A stretch of DNA of 64,000 nucleotides from the NCBI GenBank assembly GCA_041659045.1, contig JBAZZB010000003.1, forward strand, positions 28,212 through 92,211, written 5' to 3'. The notes beneath the pieces were generated by a model, which was given only the letters and a program-made list of their open reading frames with translations, was not told the DNA's origin and ran no database searches. How positions within the stretch are numbered: position 1 is the stretch's first letter; the number at the start of each line of letters is the position of its first letter. Position numbers and translations under genes: made by a program. Shown here piece by piece: positions 53,974 to 63,534 of this stretch. This stretch comes from Patescibacteria group bacterium (GTDB lineage: Bacteria > Patescibacteriota > Patescibacteriia > SG8-24 > DYFX01).

Positions 53974-55404
53974 CTAGAACTCGAGTTCGACCGTGCGCTG
54001 CAAGTCGCTCCTGACAACCTGGTCGATATCCCCTTCCAGCTGACTGGCGAGCGATGCGAGCGACGCCTCGGATCCGTGACAGAGCACCGCCGTTTCCGGA
54101 CGATAGCCACGGAACCAGTCGGCGATCTTGCCTTGCGAGTCGTGCGCGCCGATGCGGATCTGGAGCACGCGACAGCGGAGTGGGAGCTTTTCGACTCTCG
54201 GCCGCCCTTGCGGATCCGTATCCTCGAACGTCAGCACGGGAATGACCCCCGTCCGACGACGTTCCGCATCCGCTTGGAGGATGCGAGCGCCATCGGTGTC
54301 GGGAGCGAGGTACCCCGTGAAGACAAGGAGCGCATCAGGATTCGGCAGTACATGCCGTCTCCAGAATGACGCCGCGCCGCCGGGTCCGCCCATGCCAGGG
54401 GTTGTCACCACCGCATAGGCATCGTGATCCTGCAGCACGTAGTTTCGCCGATGCACTTCATGATCGATCATGCGCACGCCGTCCAATTGCAACAGCGTGT
54501 CAGATTCCGACCATCGTCCGCGATCGCTCAGGGCGATCTCGGTGAAGTGCCGGCACGCGCCATCGAGGTAGACGGGTGCAATGTCCGGCACGCCGTGACG
54601 ACGAAGTTCGTGAGCAACAGCGCCGCCGCGATGAATGCCGAAGGTGCAGAACAAGACCGGAGCGCCGCTCTTCAGCGTTTGCGCGCAGATCTCGATGCCG
54701 CGATCCATCTCCGCCTGCCAGGTGCGCTGATCCGAATCCGGATCGGCGCCGTACGTGCAGTCGGAGTTGGCGATGACGTGCGGCCACCACTCCGGAGGAA
54801 GCGGCAGAGCACCGCGAACTCCGGGCTGATCGTGCGAACACCGGTCGCCGGAGTAGTGGATGATCCTGCCGCCGACATCGCTCGTGAACGAGCACGCGCC
54901 ACCAATGTGACCTTCGGGATGGACGTAGTCCGTGATTCCGGGAAGAATCTCGAACGGTCCAGGCCGAAAGCGACGACGGATGCGCTGGTTGATCAACGCG
55001 ACGTCACGCTCATCGAAGAGCGGGGTGCGCGAGGACCGCGAGAAGGCCGAAAGGCCATCCTCAAAGACGCGACCGATCATCGCTTCGGACGGACCCGTCA
55101 TCCAAACCTTCGCTTTGGGCGAGAGGTAGGGTGCCAGTGCCGGCAAGAAGCCTGCGTGATCACCATGCACGTGCGTGATGCGGACAGCGTCGATCGGAAT
55201 GTCGTCCTGGAAGAACGACAAGTCCGGGACGTGCCAGGTAGGATCCTGCCCCGTCTCCTGGGCGCGGACAGGGATCAACCCGCAATCAGTGACGACGCGG
55301 TAGATGCGCGAGCCCCAGCGGATGTCCATGACACCGCAGGATGGCTCGATGCCGGTGACGTCCCTTCGGGCGCCAAGGCGAGTAAGCCGGATACGGATAG
55401 ACAT
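53974..55404 (-). CDS. MBL-fold metallo-hydrolase (beta-CASP-like)
   Basis: ...VRITHVHGDHAGFLP... HxHxDH motif and further His/Asp motifs downstream. 476 aa. Third codon positions G/C-rich like the neighbouring nuclease-domain gene. Confidence 0.7.
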   Translation of the reverse strand: MSIRIRLTRLGARRDVTGIEPSCGVMDIRWGSRIYRVVTDCGLIPVRAQETGQDPTWHVPDLSFFQDDIPIDAVRITHVHGDHAGFLPALAPYLSPKAKVWMTGPSEAMIGRVFEDGLSAFSRSSRTPLFDERDVALINQRIRRRFRPGPFEILPGITDYVHPEGHIGGACSFTSDVGGRIIHYSGDRCSHDQPGVRGALPLPPEWWPHVIANSDCTYGADPDSDQRTWQAEMDRGIEICAQTLKSGAPVLFCTFGIHRGGAVAHELRRHGVPDIAPVYLDGACRHFTEIALSDRGRWSESDTLLQLDGVRMIDHEVHRRNYVLQDHDAYAVVTTPGMGGPGGAASFWRRHVLPNPDALLVFTGYLAPDTDGARILQADAERRRTGVIPVLTFEDTDPQGRPRVEKLPLRCRVLQIRIGAHDSQGKIADWFRGYRPETAVLCHGSEASLASLASQLEGDIDQVVRSDLQRTVELEF

Positions 55405-55543
55405 GGGACCTCCGAACAGTGGGCGTGGTTGCTGGGATAGTGACGAAGAACACCTGTCGCGCGACGCGCGCAGGACTTATGAAAATACTTGAAAAACGCG
55501 CCCCTGTCAAGGCGCGTCGTTCGCGAGCGGTGTACCCATGGCG

Positions 55544-56890
55544 CTAGGCCGGACGCTTGGATTCGTCGAAGGCGTGGGCTTCAAAAACCGAGACGAGGAA
55601 TTCCAAAACAGCGCGCGGGTCTTCGGCGTAGACGCGGTTCATCATCATGGCGACGCCGGTGATGCCAAACGCGCGATCAAGCGGGTCGGTTGAGAGCGTG
55701 CCTTTCTTTTCAAAATCGCGCTTGGCGTACGCCAAAAGTTTCCGGAGTTCAGGACGATCAGCGACGCCTAAACGCATGGCCAATGTTGCAGACGCGCACT
55801 CGCCACGGCGTTCAACGAGATAGATTCCATCCTTCATCAGATCGTCCGGTATTTTTCCAGAGGCCATTTCACCACCAAACACAACCTCTGCCTCGGCAAC
55901 GCCTGGGTAGAGTTTTGCGCCGTGCGTGCGCAACAAATAGACGGCACAAGCGGCGTCCGGCATGACTTTCGCCGGCATAAGAAGCGTCTTGATGGCGATC
56001 GGTTCGACTGCGGCCTTGGGAGCAACGGGTACCGCAACCGGTTCTGGTTTTTTTTCTTCAATCACGGGTTTCGGAGCCTCGACGACCGGTTTCGGAGTTT
56101 CGCCAACAACTTTCGGAGCTTCAGGAATCGGGATAGCCATTCCAACAATCGGAGACGGTGTCGGTGCGGGCGCGACCGGTTTCGGTTCTTCAACAACGGG
56201 CTTCGGAGTCTCAACAACCGGTTTCGGCATTTCAACGACAGCTGCCGGCGCTTCAACTTTCAACACCGGTGTTTCAATGATCGGTTTTTTTTCTTCAACA
56301 ACGGGCTTCGGTACCTCGACAACGGGCTTGGGTGCTTCAGCAACAGCCGCTGTCTCTTCAACAAATACGTGCGTCGACGAGTTCCAGAAAAAATGGCGCC
56401 AGCTTTTTCCGTCAAAACCAACAAATGCTAAACGACCCTTCGCTTCGAACGGCTGCTTGAGCGGTCCGCGCTTCGGCTTCTCAAGCGAGAGCGGATCGAC
56501 GCCACCGATGGTGAGATGCAAGTCACGGCAATTTTTCGAGGCGTCATAGAACGACGCGCCGACGACGCGGCCTTTGAGATCGCCTGCTGATCGTGCACCA
56601 CCTGGGGACGGCGAAAAGTAGGCGTAGGTGCCCGGCGTGCTTTCGACGATGCCGTAGCCATCGAAGGCAAGCGTTGCTTCGGCCAACGAGGTTCCTGTTT
56701 CAGATTCCGTTCTGGCAACCAGTTCGTTCACCGCATCGAGTTCGACGGATTCAAAAGACGCTACCAGAAGATGGTATTCGCGTTCTCCGCGTTTTTCGAT
56801 GCCCTGGCTGCGCAGCGTTTTAACTGCCGAATGCGCTTCGATCAGTTCCGGCGCAAGATCGTAGCCGAGCCAGCTTTTGGTGAAGGTCAT
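55544..56890 (-). CDS. hypothetical protein with central PEVK-like (PKPVVE)n tandem repeat linker
   Basis: Start moved to ATG 56890 (MTFTKSWLG); track M1 is TTG. About 10 copies of (E/A/T)PKPVVE(E/T/A) between two globular regions. Confidence 0.5.
   Translation of the reverse strand: MTFTKSWLGYDLAPELIEAHSAVKTLRSQGIEKRGEREYHLLVASFESVELDAVNELVARTESETGTSLAEATLAFDGYGIVESTPGTYAYFSPSPGGARSAGDLKGRVVGASFYDASKNCRDLHLTIGGVDPLSLEKPKRGPLKQPFEAKGRLAFVGFDGKSWRHFFWNSSTHVFVEETAAVAEAPKPVVEVPKPVVEEKKPIIETPVLKVEAPAAVVEMPKPVVETPKPVVEEPKPVAPAPTPSPIVGMAIPIPEAPKVVGETPKPVVEAPKPVIEEKKPEPVAVPVAPKAAVEPIAIKTLLMPAKVMPDAACAVYLLRTHGAKLYPGVAEAEVVFGGEMASGKIPDDLMKDGIYLVERRGECASATLAMRLGVADRPELRKLLAYAKRDFEKKGTLSTDPLDRAFGITGVAMMMNRVYAEDPRAVLEFLVSVFEAHAFDESKRPA
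55960..56350. repeat. coding tandem repeat (about 24-30-nt period) encoding PKPVVE units
   Basis: Repeated ggtttcggag(c/t)(c/t)tc(g/a)ac(g/a)ac... units on the plus strand. A coding low-complexity repeat, not a CRISPR array. Confidence 0.5.
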
Positions 56891-56938
56891 GCGAAGATCT
56901 TGCCAGAAAAAGCGACTTTTTGCTAGACCCTGAGCGCT

Positions 56939-57799
56939 ATGGATATTGCATACCTCCGTCCGGGCGACGCCGCATGGCCGCCGGATCTTCAACAAGCCTC
57001 TCCCCCTCCCAAACGCCTTTTTGTGCGCGGTTGTTTAGCATCAACGCTGGGTATTGGCATTGTCGGTACGCGACGTATGAGTACCTACGGACGCGCTTGC
57101 GTTGAACTGCTTGCGCCCGAAATCGTTCGGCTTGGTTTACCAATCGTAAGCGGTCTCGCGCTTGGCATCGATGGCGTCGCGCACGAGTCCACGCTCGCCG
57201 CGCAGGGTGTAACCATCGCTGTGATCGGCAGTGGTATCGACGACGCGTCAATCTACCCGCGCGCGCACCTTGGACTCGCCAAGAGAATTATTTCGGGGAA
57301 CGGAGCAGTCATAAGCGAGTACGCCTCGGGCACGCCTTCGATGCCGTATCACTTTCCGATGCGCAATCGACTCATCGCCGCGCTCTCACGCGCCGTGCTC
57401 GTCATTGAAGCTCCGAAAAAATCGGGAGCGATGATCACGGCGCGCTTGGCGCTCGAAATGGGGCGCGACGTCTGGGCCGTGCCGGGAGCGATCACGCACC
57501 CGAATTCCGAAGGTCCGAACAGCCTGATTCGGAGCGGCGCGACCCCAATCACCTGCCCGGATGACATCGCCCATGCGCTCGGTCTTGTGCCAAAGCAGGC
57601 GCTGCTACCAACCCTGGATGACTACTCCCCTGACGAGCGCCCGATCCTCGAACTTCTGGCGGCGGGAACGGATACTGCCGATGCCTTAGCGAGGACGCTG
57701 CACAAGCCTATTCCGACGGTTTCAGCGCTCTTAACAGGTCTCGAACTCCGCGGCGCAGTGCGCACGGTTGGCGGCGGGCGGTATACCTTATATACTTGA
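56939..57799 (+). CDS. dprA: DNA processing protein DprA (Smf)
   Basis: Rossmann-like DprA core ...GIVGTRRMSTYG...IVSGLALGIDGVAHESTLAAQGVTIAVIGSGID... plus a C-terminal winged helix. Confidence 0.85.
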   Translation: MDIAYLRPGDAAWPPDLQQASPPPKRLFVRGCLASTLGIGIVGTRRMSTYGRACVELLAPEIVRLGLPIVSGLALGIDGVAHESTLAAQGVTIAVIGSGIDDASIYPRAHLGLAKRIISGNGAVISEYASGTPSMPYHFPMRNRLIAALSRAVLVIEAPKKSGAMITARLALEMGRDVWAVPGAITHPNSEGPNSLIRSGATPITCPDDIAHALGLVPKQALLPTLDDYSPDERPILELLAAGTDTADALARTLHKPIPTVSALLTGLELRGAVRTVGGGRYTLYT

Positions 57800-57835
57800 C
57801 AATACGACCTTCTGATTGGTACCTTCCGCCCCGAT

Positions 57836-60067
57836 ATGAAACTCATCATCGTCGAGTCACCCACTAAGGCGAAAACGATCTCCAAATTCTTGGGAAAGGG
57901 CTACAAGGTCCTGTCCTCTTTCGGACACGTCCGCGACCTCCCAACCTCGACGATGGGCATCGACATCGAGCACGATTTCACGCCGAAATACGTGATCCCG
58001 AAAAAGGCCACGAAAGTCGTGGCCGAACTCCGCACGGCCGCCAAGCACGCCGACGAAATCTACTTCGCGACTGATGAAGACCGCGAAGGAGAAGCAATTT
58101 CGTGGCACCTGCGCGAACTCCTGAAGGTCAAACCGGACAAGGTCAAGCGCATCACCTTCCACGAAATTACCAAGAGCGCGATCGAGCACGCTCTCAAGAA
58201 TCCGCGTGATTTGGATTTGCGCATGGTCGACGCCCAACAGGCGCGCCGCGTTCTTGACCGCTTGGTCGGTTACGAACTTTCTCCGTTTCTTTGGCGCAAA
58301 GTCGCTCGCGGTTTGTCCGCCGGCCGCGTCCAATCCGTTGCCGTTCGCTTGATCGTTGAGCGCGAGCGCGAAATTCAGGCGTTCAAAGCCGAAGAATACT
58401 GGTCGATCGAAGCCGAGTTCGCCAAGCACGGCGCACCCGAGATTTTTGAAGCCAAGCTTCACAGCAAGGATGAAAAGTCCCTCGATAAGATGGCCATCAC
58501 TTCCGAAAAAGAAGCGAAGGACATCTTGAAGACCTTGGACAAAGCTTCCTACTCCATCGAAGCGATGGAAAAGAAGACGACGCACCGCTCCCCTTCCGCG
58601 CCGTTCACGACCTCGACGCTTCAACAGGATGCCAACAACAAGCTCGGCTACTCCGCCAAGCAGACGATGATGATCGCGCAGCAGCTCTACGAAGGTGTCG
58701 AGCTTGGTGACGAAGGTTCGGTCGGTCTCATCACCTACATGCGTACCGACTCGGTGAACCTCGCGCAAAAGTTCCGAGACGACGCCGCTGACTTCATCAA
58801 AACAAATTTCCCGAAAGCCGTCGCGAGCGAACCGCGCGTCTACAAGACGAAAGCCAAGGGCGCGCAAGAAGCGCACGAAGCCATCCGTCCGACGGAAGCC
58901 TCCCGCACGCCAGAATCGTTGGCCTCGCATCTTGATGACCGCCAACTCAAGCTGTACGAACTCATCTGGCGCCGCGCCGTCGCTTCGCAGATGAAAGACG
59001 CCGAGATCGAGACAACCGCCGCGACGATCGCGACCGGTACGCCGTACCGCTTCCGCGCGACCGGTTCCATCGTGATCGAACCGGGCTTCATGGGCGTCTA
59101 TCAGACGGAAATGAAGGAAAACCTTCTTCCTCCGCTCGAAGAGAAAGATACGCTCGAAAAGAAATCGATCGAGCCCAAACAACACTTCACCGAACCGCCG
59201 GCACGCTTCTCCGAAGCCGCCATCGTCAAGGCGCTTGAAGAGCACGGCATCGGACGTCCGTCGACCTACGCGCCGACGATCTCAACGGTTATCGAACGCG
59301 GCTACGTCGAAAAAGACGAGCGCCGCCTGAAACCGACCGATCTCGCCTTCCTCGTCACTGATCTTCTGATCGAACACTTCGCGCAGATCGTCGATCTCGA
59401 CTTCACCGCCAACATGGAAAACTCCCTCGACGACGTCGCCGAGGGTACGCAGGAGTGGGTCCCGGTCATCCGCGACTTCTACAAACCGTTCCACGAGAAC
59501 CTGGAAGTGAAAGACAAGGAACTCTCCAAAAAGACGATCACCGAAACCGCGACCGACGAGAAGTGCGAGAAATGCGGCAAGCCGATGATCATCAAGTTCG
59601 GACGCTTTGGTAAGTTCTACGCTTGCTCCGGTTACCCGGACTGCAAAACGACGAAGCCGTACGACGAAAAAGACAAAGCCGCCCAAGACGCCGCACAAGA
59701 ACAGGCTGCCGGACACGTCTGCGAAACCTGCGGCGCGCCAATGATGGTCAAGCGCGGACGTTTCGGCACGTTCCTCTCGTGCTCGAAATACCCCGAGTGC
59801 AAATTCACCAAACAGATCCAGAAGAAAACGGGGGCGAAGTGCCCGAAGTGCAAAGAAGGCGACATCATCGAGAAGCGCTCCCGCAAAGGACGCAACTTCT
59901 ACGCCTGCTCGCGCTACCCGGAATGCGATCACGCCATGTGGTCAAAGCCGACCGGCGAGAACTGCCCAACCTGCGGCAACCTCCTCGTCTTCGCCAAGGA
60001 CCACAAGATCACCTGCTCCGACAAAGAGTGCGGCTTCTCCAAAGACGCGCCGCAAAAGGAAGAGTAA
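57836..60067 (+). CDS. topA: DNA topoisomerase I
   Basis: TOPRIM MKLIIVESPTKAKTI..., catalytic Tyr region ...GLITYMRTDS..., three C-terminal C4 zinc ribbons. Confidence 0.95.
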   Translation: MKLIIVESPTKAKTISKFLGKGYKVLSSFGHVRDLPTSTMGIDIEHDFTPKYVIPKKATKVVAELRTAAKHADEIYFATDEDREGEAISWHLRELLKVKPDKVKRITFHEITKSAIEHALKNPRDLDLRMVDAQQARRVLDRLVGYELSPFLWRKVARGLSAGRVQSVAVRLIVEREREIQAFKAEEYWSIEAEFAKHGAPEIFEAKLHSKDEKSLDKMAITSEKEAKDILKTLDKASYSIEAMEKKTTHRSPSAPFTTSTLQQDANNKLGYSAKQTMMIAQQLYEGVELGDEGSVGLITYMRTDSVNLAQKFRDDAADFIKTNFPKAVASEPRVYKTKAKGAQEAHEAIRPTEASRTPESLASHLDDRQLKLYELIWRRAVASQMKDAEIETTAATIATGTPYRFRATGSIVIEPGFMGVYQTEMKENLLPPLEEKDTLEKKSIEPKQHFTEPPARFSEAAIVKALEEHGIGRPSTYAPTISTVIERGYVEKDERRLKPTDLAFLVTDLLIEHFAQIVDLDFTANMENSLDDVAEGTQEWVPVIRDFYKPFHENLEVKDKELSKKTITETATDEKCEKCGKPMIIKFGRFGKFYACSGYPDCKTTKPYDEKDKAAQDAAQEQAAGHVCETCGAPMMVKRGRFGTFLSCSKYPECKFTKQIQKKTGAKCPKCKEGDIIEKRSRKGRNFYACSRYPECDHAMWSKPTGENCPTCGNLLVFAKDHKITCSDKECGFSKDAPQKEE

Positions 60068-60082
60068 GTTGCAAAGAAAAAA

Positions 60083-60109
60083 CCTCTCAGACGAGAGGCT
60101 TTTTCTTTT
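60083..60109. terminator. bidirectional intrinsic terminator between topA and the convergent kinase-fold gene
   Basis: CCTCTC-agac-GAGAGG with A6 upstream and CTTTTTCTTTT downstream. Confidence 0.55.
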
Positions 60110-61034
60110 GATATGCTTCGATGCCGAGTTCTCCCAATCGCACTTCCAATTCCTTCAAACTTTTCCGCAACCAGCGCCCATCACCCTCTTTGTGCGCCAA
60201 GGCTATGGCTTTAAGGCTCGACAGAACGCCGATGACACGCACGCAGATATCTTTGTAGTTTCGCTTGAACTTCATTGCACCGTAACCTCTGGCGAATTGC
60301 CGCGCATACTCTTCGCCGATTGTCGGAATAAGCGTAATGAATTGTAAGATCCTCGGTCCAACCGCAAGATCAGCAAAATCAATGATGCCAGAAAGTTCGC
60401 CTCCTGGAGCGATCAAGATGTTTTCAGAATTCCCGTCGCGCCAAATAACCCCGGTGTCAAAGGACCCGACCCGCTTCAACCGCTTCCGTAGTGCATCCGT
60501 GACACGGACATAGAACTCGCGGGGAAATATGTCGAGAGCCAACCGCTTCGCAAACAGCGTCTTTACGCTCTCGTCAAAAAACGCTTTGAAGCTCCCTATC
60601 CGCGGCGCATGAGGTAGCGCACCAGCATCCATATCGTTCATCTTTCGAACCAACTTGCCGAGCTCAACATACGCACTCGGCTTGATACGACGGGTATTGC
60701 GTTTTCCGATAGGCACGCCTGATACCAACGTCATGATAAGTGTCCTTCCTTTGAAGTAGAGCGGCTTCGGCACGCGTGCTTCTTTCAGCGCAGCGACGGC
60801 TTGAAGATTCGCATACTCATTCCGCCGCTCCGAAAGCGAAGTTTTCTGGTAACCTCGATATTGCTCCGAAATCTTGATAACAACGTCCCGTCCATCCACA
60901 AGCTTCGCATGTCCGACCTCGTACGGCATCCCGAAACTCGATGTGAACACACGAACGACTTCGCCCTTAAACCCAGCTTCCGCGAGGGCCTTCCGAAGAC
61001 GTCGTGCGATTTTTATACTGTCAGGTTTCTGCAT
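60087..61034 (-). CDS. aminoglycoside-phosphotransferase / choline-kinase-like kinase fold protein
   Basis: Brenner-type catalytic motif ...VIWRDGNSENILI... and ...IIDFADLAVG.... Substrate unknown. Confidence 0.65.
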   Translation of the reverse strand: MQKPDSIKIARRLRKALAEAGFKGEVVRVFTSSFGMPYEVGHAKLVDGRDVVIKISEQYRGYQKTSLSERRNEYANLQAVAALKEARVPKPLYFKGRTLIMTLVSGVPIGKRNTRRIKPSAYVELGKLVRKMNDMDAGALPHAPRIGSFKAFFDESVKTLFAKRLALDIFPREFYVRVTDALRKRLKRVGSFDTGVIWRDGNSENILIAPGGELSGIIDFADLAVGPRILQFITLIPTIGEEYARQFARGYGAMKFKRNYKDICVRVIGVLSSLKAIALAHKEGDGRWLRKSLKELEVRLGELGIEAYQKKKPLV

Positions 61035-61121
61035 ATCGGCATTCTAGCATGGCACTTCGACGAGTCCGCAACCACGCCCCCTCTTCCCCCGAAGGGGCAT
61101 TTCGGTTTAGGCTAGAGTTCT

Positions 61122-62576
61122 ATGGGACTTACCAGCCTCTTGGAGGCCGTTAAAGAGTATTCGCCAAAATCCGACCTTGAAACGGTTGAGTTGGCGTACG
61201 ATTTTGCGGCCAAGGCGCACGAGGGACAGAAGCGCGCTTCCGGAGAACCCTACATCAATCACTCGGTCGAAGCGGCGATCACGCTCGCCAAGCTTCGATT
61301 GCCGGAAAATATGATCGTCGCCGGACTTCTGCACGACGTGCCAGAAGATACGAACGTGACGCTCAAAGACATCGAAAAGAATTTTGGCCCGGACGTCGCC
61401 TCGATGGTTTCCGGCATCACCAAACTCGGCAAGATCAAATATCGCGGCATGGAGCGCTACGTCGAGAACCTCCGCAAGATGTTCGTGGCCATGGCCTCCG
61501 ACATCCGTGTCATCCTGATCAAATTTGCCGATCGCCTGCATAACCTTTCAACACTCGATGCGTTGCCTCCGCGTAAGCGCCTGCGCATCGCTCTTGAAAC
61601 ACTCGAAATCTACGCACCGATTGCCAACCGCTTGGGCGTCGGTTTCATCCAAGGCATGCTCGAGGACTACTCCTTCAAATACGTAAACCCGAAAGAGTTC
61701 GTGTGGGTCACGGGGCTCGTCAAAGAGCGCTATCGCGCCAAAGAGCGTTATCTCAAAAAAGTCGGACAGAAAATTGTCGACGAATTGAAGAAGAACAACG
61801 TCGAAGTTCTCGATATCCATGGACGCACCAAGCATCTCTACAGCTTGTTCAAGAAGCTGATGAAGTACGACCGCAACATCGATAAGATCTACGATCTCGT
61901 CGCTTTGCGCGTCATCGTTCCGTCCGTCGCCGATTGTTACGCGACGCTCGGCATCATCCACCACATGTGGAAGCCGCTCAAAGGCCGCATCAAGGACTAC
62001 ATCGCCCAACCGAAACCAAACGGCTACCAATCGCTCCATACCACGATCTTCTGCGACGGCGGCGACATTGTTGAGATCCAGATCCGCACCGAACAGATGC
62101 ACCAGGAGTCGGAATACGGTATTGCCGCCCACTGGCAATACGCCGAGGCCGGCAAGGAATCATCCGAGACCGCCAAAGTCCAAATCGCTTGGGTCAAAGA
62201 CCTGATCAAACTCCAGCAGGAAACCCTGGCCGATTCCAGCAAGCTCATGGAATCATTTGAGAGCCTCAAGATCGACGTCTTTCAAAAGCGCATCTTCGTC
62301 TTCACGCCGAAAGGAGACGTGATTGACCTGCCGGAAGACGCTACCCCCGTCGACTTCGCCTACGCCATTCACTCTGACATCGGCGATCGTTGTACGGCCG
62401 CACGCATCAACAACGAGATTACGACGCTCGATGCCAAACTTACGTCTGGCGACATGTGCGAGATCGTTGTCGATAAAAATCGCAAAGGGCCGAACTCCGA
62501 TTGGCTCAAGTTCGTCAAAACGAATCACGCCAAGGATCGCGTCAAAACCTACGCCAAGAAAAAACGCCTGCATTGA
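61122..62576 (+). CDS. short Rel/SpoT homolog (HD hydrolase + synthetase + TGS, no C-terminal ACT/RRM region)
   Basis: HD motif (...INHSVEAAITLA...LLHDVPED...), synthetase core (...LYDLVALRVIV...YQSLHTTI...), TGS (...IFVFTPKGDVIDLPEDATPVDFAY...). Ends at 484 aa. Confidence 0.85.
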   Translation: MGLTSLLEAVKEYSPKSDLETVELAYDFAAKAHEGQKRASGEPYINHSVEAAITLAKLRLPENMIVAGLLHDVPEDTNVTLKDIEKNFGPDVASMVSGITKLGKIKYRGMERYVENLRKMFVAMASDIRVILIKFADRLHNLSTLDALPPRKRLRIALETLEIYAPIANRLGVGFIQGMLEDYSFKYVNPKEFVWVTGLVKERYRAKERYLKKVGQKIVDELKKNNVEVLDIHGRTKHLYSLFKKLMKYDRNIDKIYDLVALRVIVPSVADCYATLGIIHHMWKPLKGRIKDYIAQPKPNGYQSLHTTIFCDGGDIVEIQIRTEQMHQESEYGIAAHWQYAEAGKESSETAKVQIAWVKDLIKLQQETLADSSKLMESFESLKIDVFQKRIFVFTPKGDVIDLPEDATPVDFAYAIHSDIGDRCTAARINNEITTLDAKLTSGDMCEIVVDKNRKGPNSDWLKFVKTNHAKDRVKTYAKKKRLH

Positions 62577-62590
62577 GCAGGCGTTTTCTT
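62565..62590. terminator. bidirectional intrinsic terminator
   Basis: CGCCTGC-attga-GCAGGCG with A5 upstream and TTTTCTTT downstream. The rel stop codon sits in the loop. Confidence 0.55.
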
Positions 62591-63534
62591 TACGATCTCA
62601 AGCGATTGATGAGATCTTTGAACTCTTCGTCAGAATAGAATTCGATGGTGATGCTGCCGTTCGGGCCTTTCTTCTGGACGGCAACTTTGGTGCCGAGGAC
62701 GCGGCGCAGTTCTTCTTCAACCGCGAGCACGTTGGCGTCGCGCAGAGAACTTTTCGGCGCCGACGAACCGCCTTTCCGCTCGCGTGCCTGCGCTTCGGCT
62801 TCGCGCACGTTGAACGCCCCTTCGAGCATGCGGTCGAACATCGCTTTGCGTTCCTTCACCTCGTCCATGCCGCACAAGACGCGCGCCATGCTCATCGAGA
62901 TGCGCCCGTCGGCCAACGCCATTTGCATCTCAGCCGGCAAGTTCAGGAGACGCAGCGTGTTCGCGACGACGGAACGGCTCTTGCCGACGCGCTTCGCAAC
63001 CAGCTCCTGCGTCAGATGAAACTCTTCCATCAACTTGGCGTAGGCATGTGCTTCTTCGATCGGCGAGAGGTCGGCGCGCTGAATGTTTTCAATAAGCGCC
63101 AACTCCAGTTTTTCCTGCTCCGTCGCGGTGCGCACGATCACCGGAACTTTTTTGAGGCCTGCCTCGCGAGCGGAACGCAAACGGCGCTCACCGGCGATCA
63201 GCTCAAACATGCCGTTCGCTTTTTCTGTGACGACAAGCGGCTGCATGATGCCGAACTCCTTCACGGAAGCGATCAGCTCTTCCAATTCTTCTGGATGAAA
63301 TTCGCGCCGAGGCTGGAATGGGTTCGGCACGATATCCGAAACCGACACGTGCAAAATACGGTCGCCAACGGGAACAACCTCGACAGCGTTCTTTGGCAAC
63401 GTGTCCGGAGTCGCAACAGAAACCGGCGCGGCGACAGGCGCGGGAGCTGCGGTTTGGGCGACAACAGGCTTCACGGCTTCAGCCGTGCGATTCGGAATCA
63501 ACGAAGAAAGACCCCTCCCTAATCCTCCCTTCAT
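62590..63534 (-). CDS. parB: chromosome partitioning protein ParB
   Basis: ParB box ...GERRLRSAREAGLKKVPVIV... and HTH ...ELVAKRVGKSRSVVANTLRLL.... Confidence 0.9.
   Translation of the reverse strand: MKGGLGRGLSSLIPNRTAEAVKPVVAQTAAPAPVAAPVSVATPDTLPKNAVEVVPVGDRILHVSVSDIVPNPFQPRREFHPEELEELIASVKEFGIMQPLVVTEKANGMFELIAGERRLRSAREAGLKKVPVIVRTATEQEKLELALIENIQRADLSPIEEAHAYAKLMEEFHLTQELVAKRVGKSRSVVANTLRLLNLPAEMQMALADGRISMSMARVLCGMDEVKERKAMFDRMLEGAFNVREAEAQARERKGGSSAPKSSLRDANVLAVEEELRRVLGTKVAVQKKGPNGSITIEFYSDEEFKDLINRLRS

Noticed and set aside
57857-59245. 462-aa ORF antisense to topA
   Set aside because: It lies opposite topoisomerase I, with shadow-frame composition.
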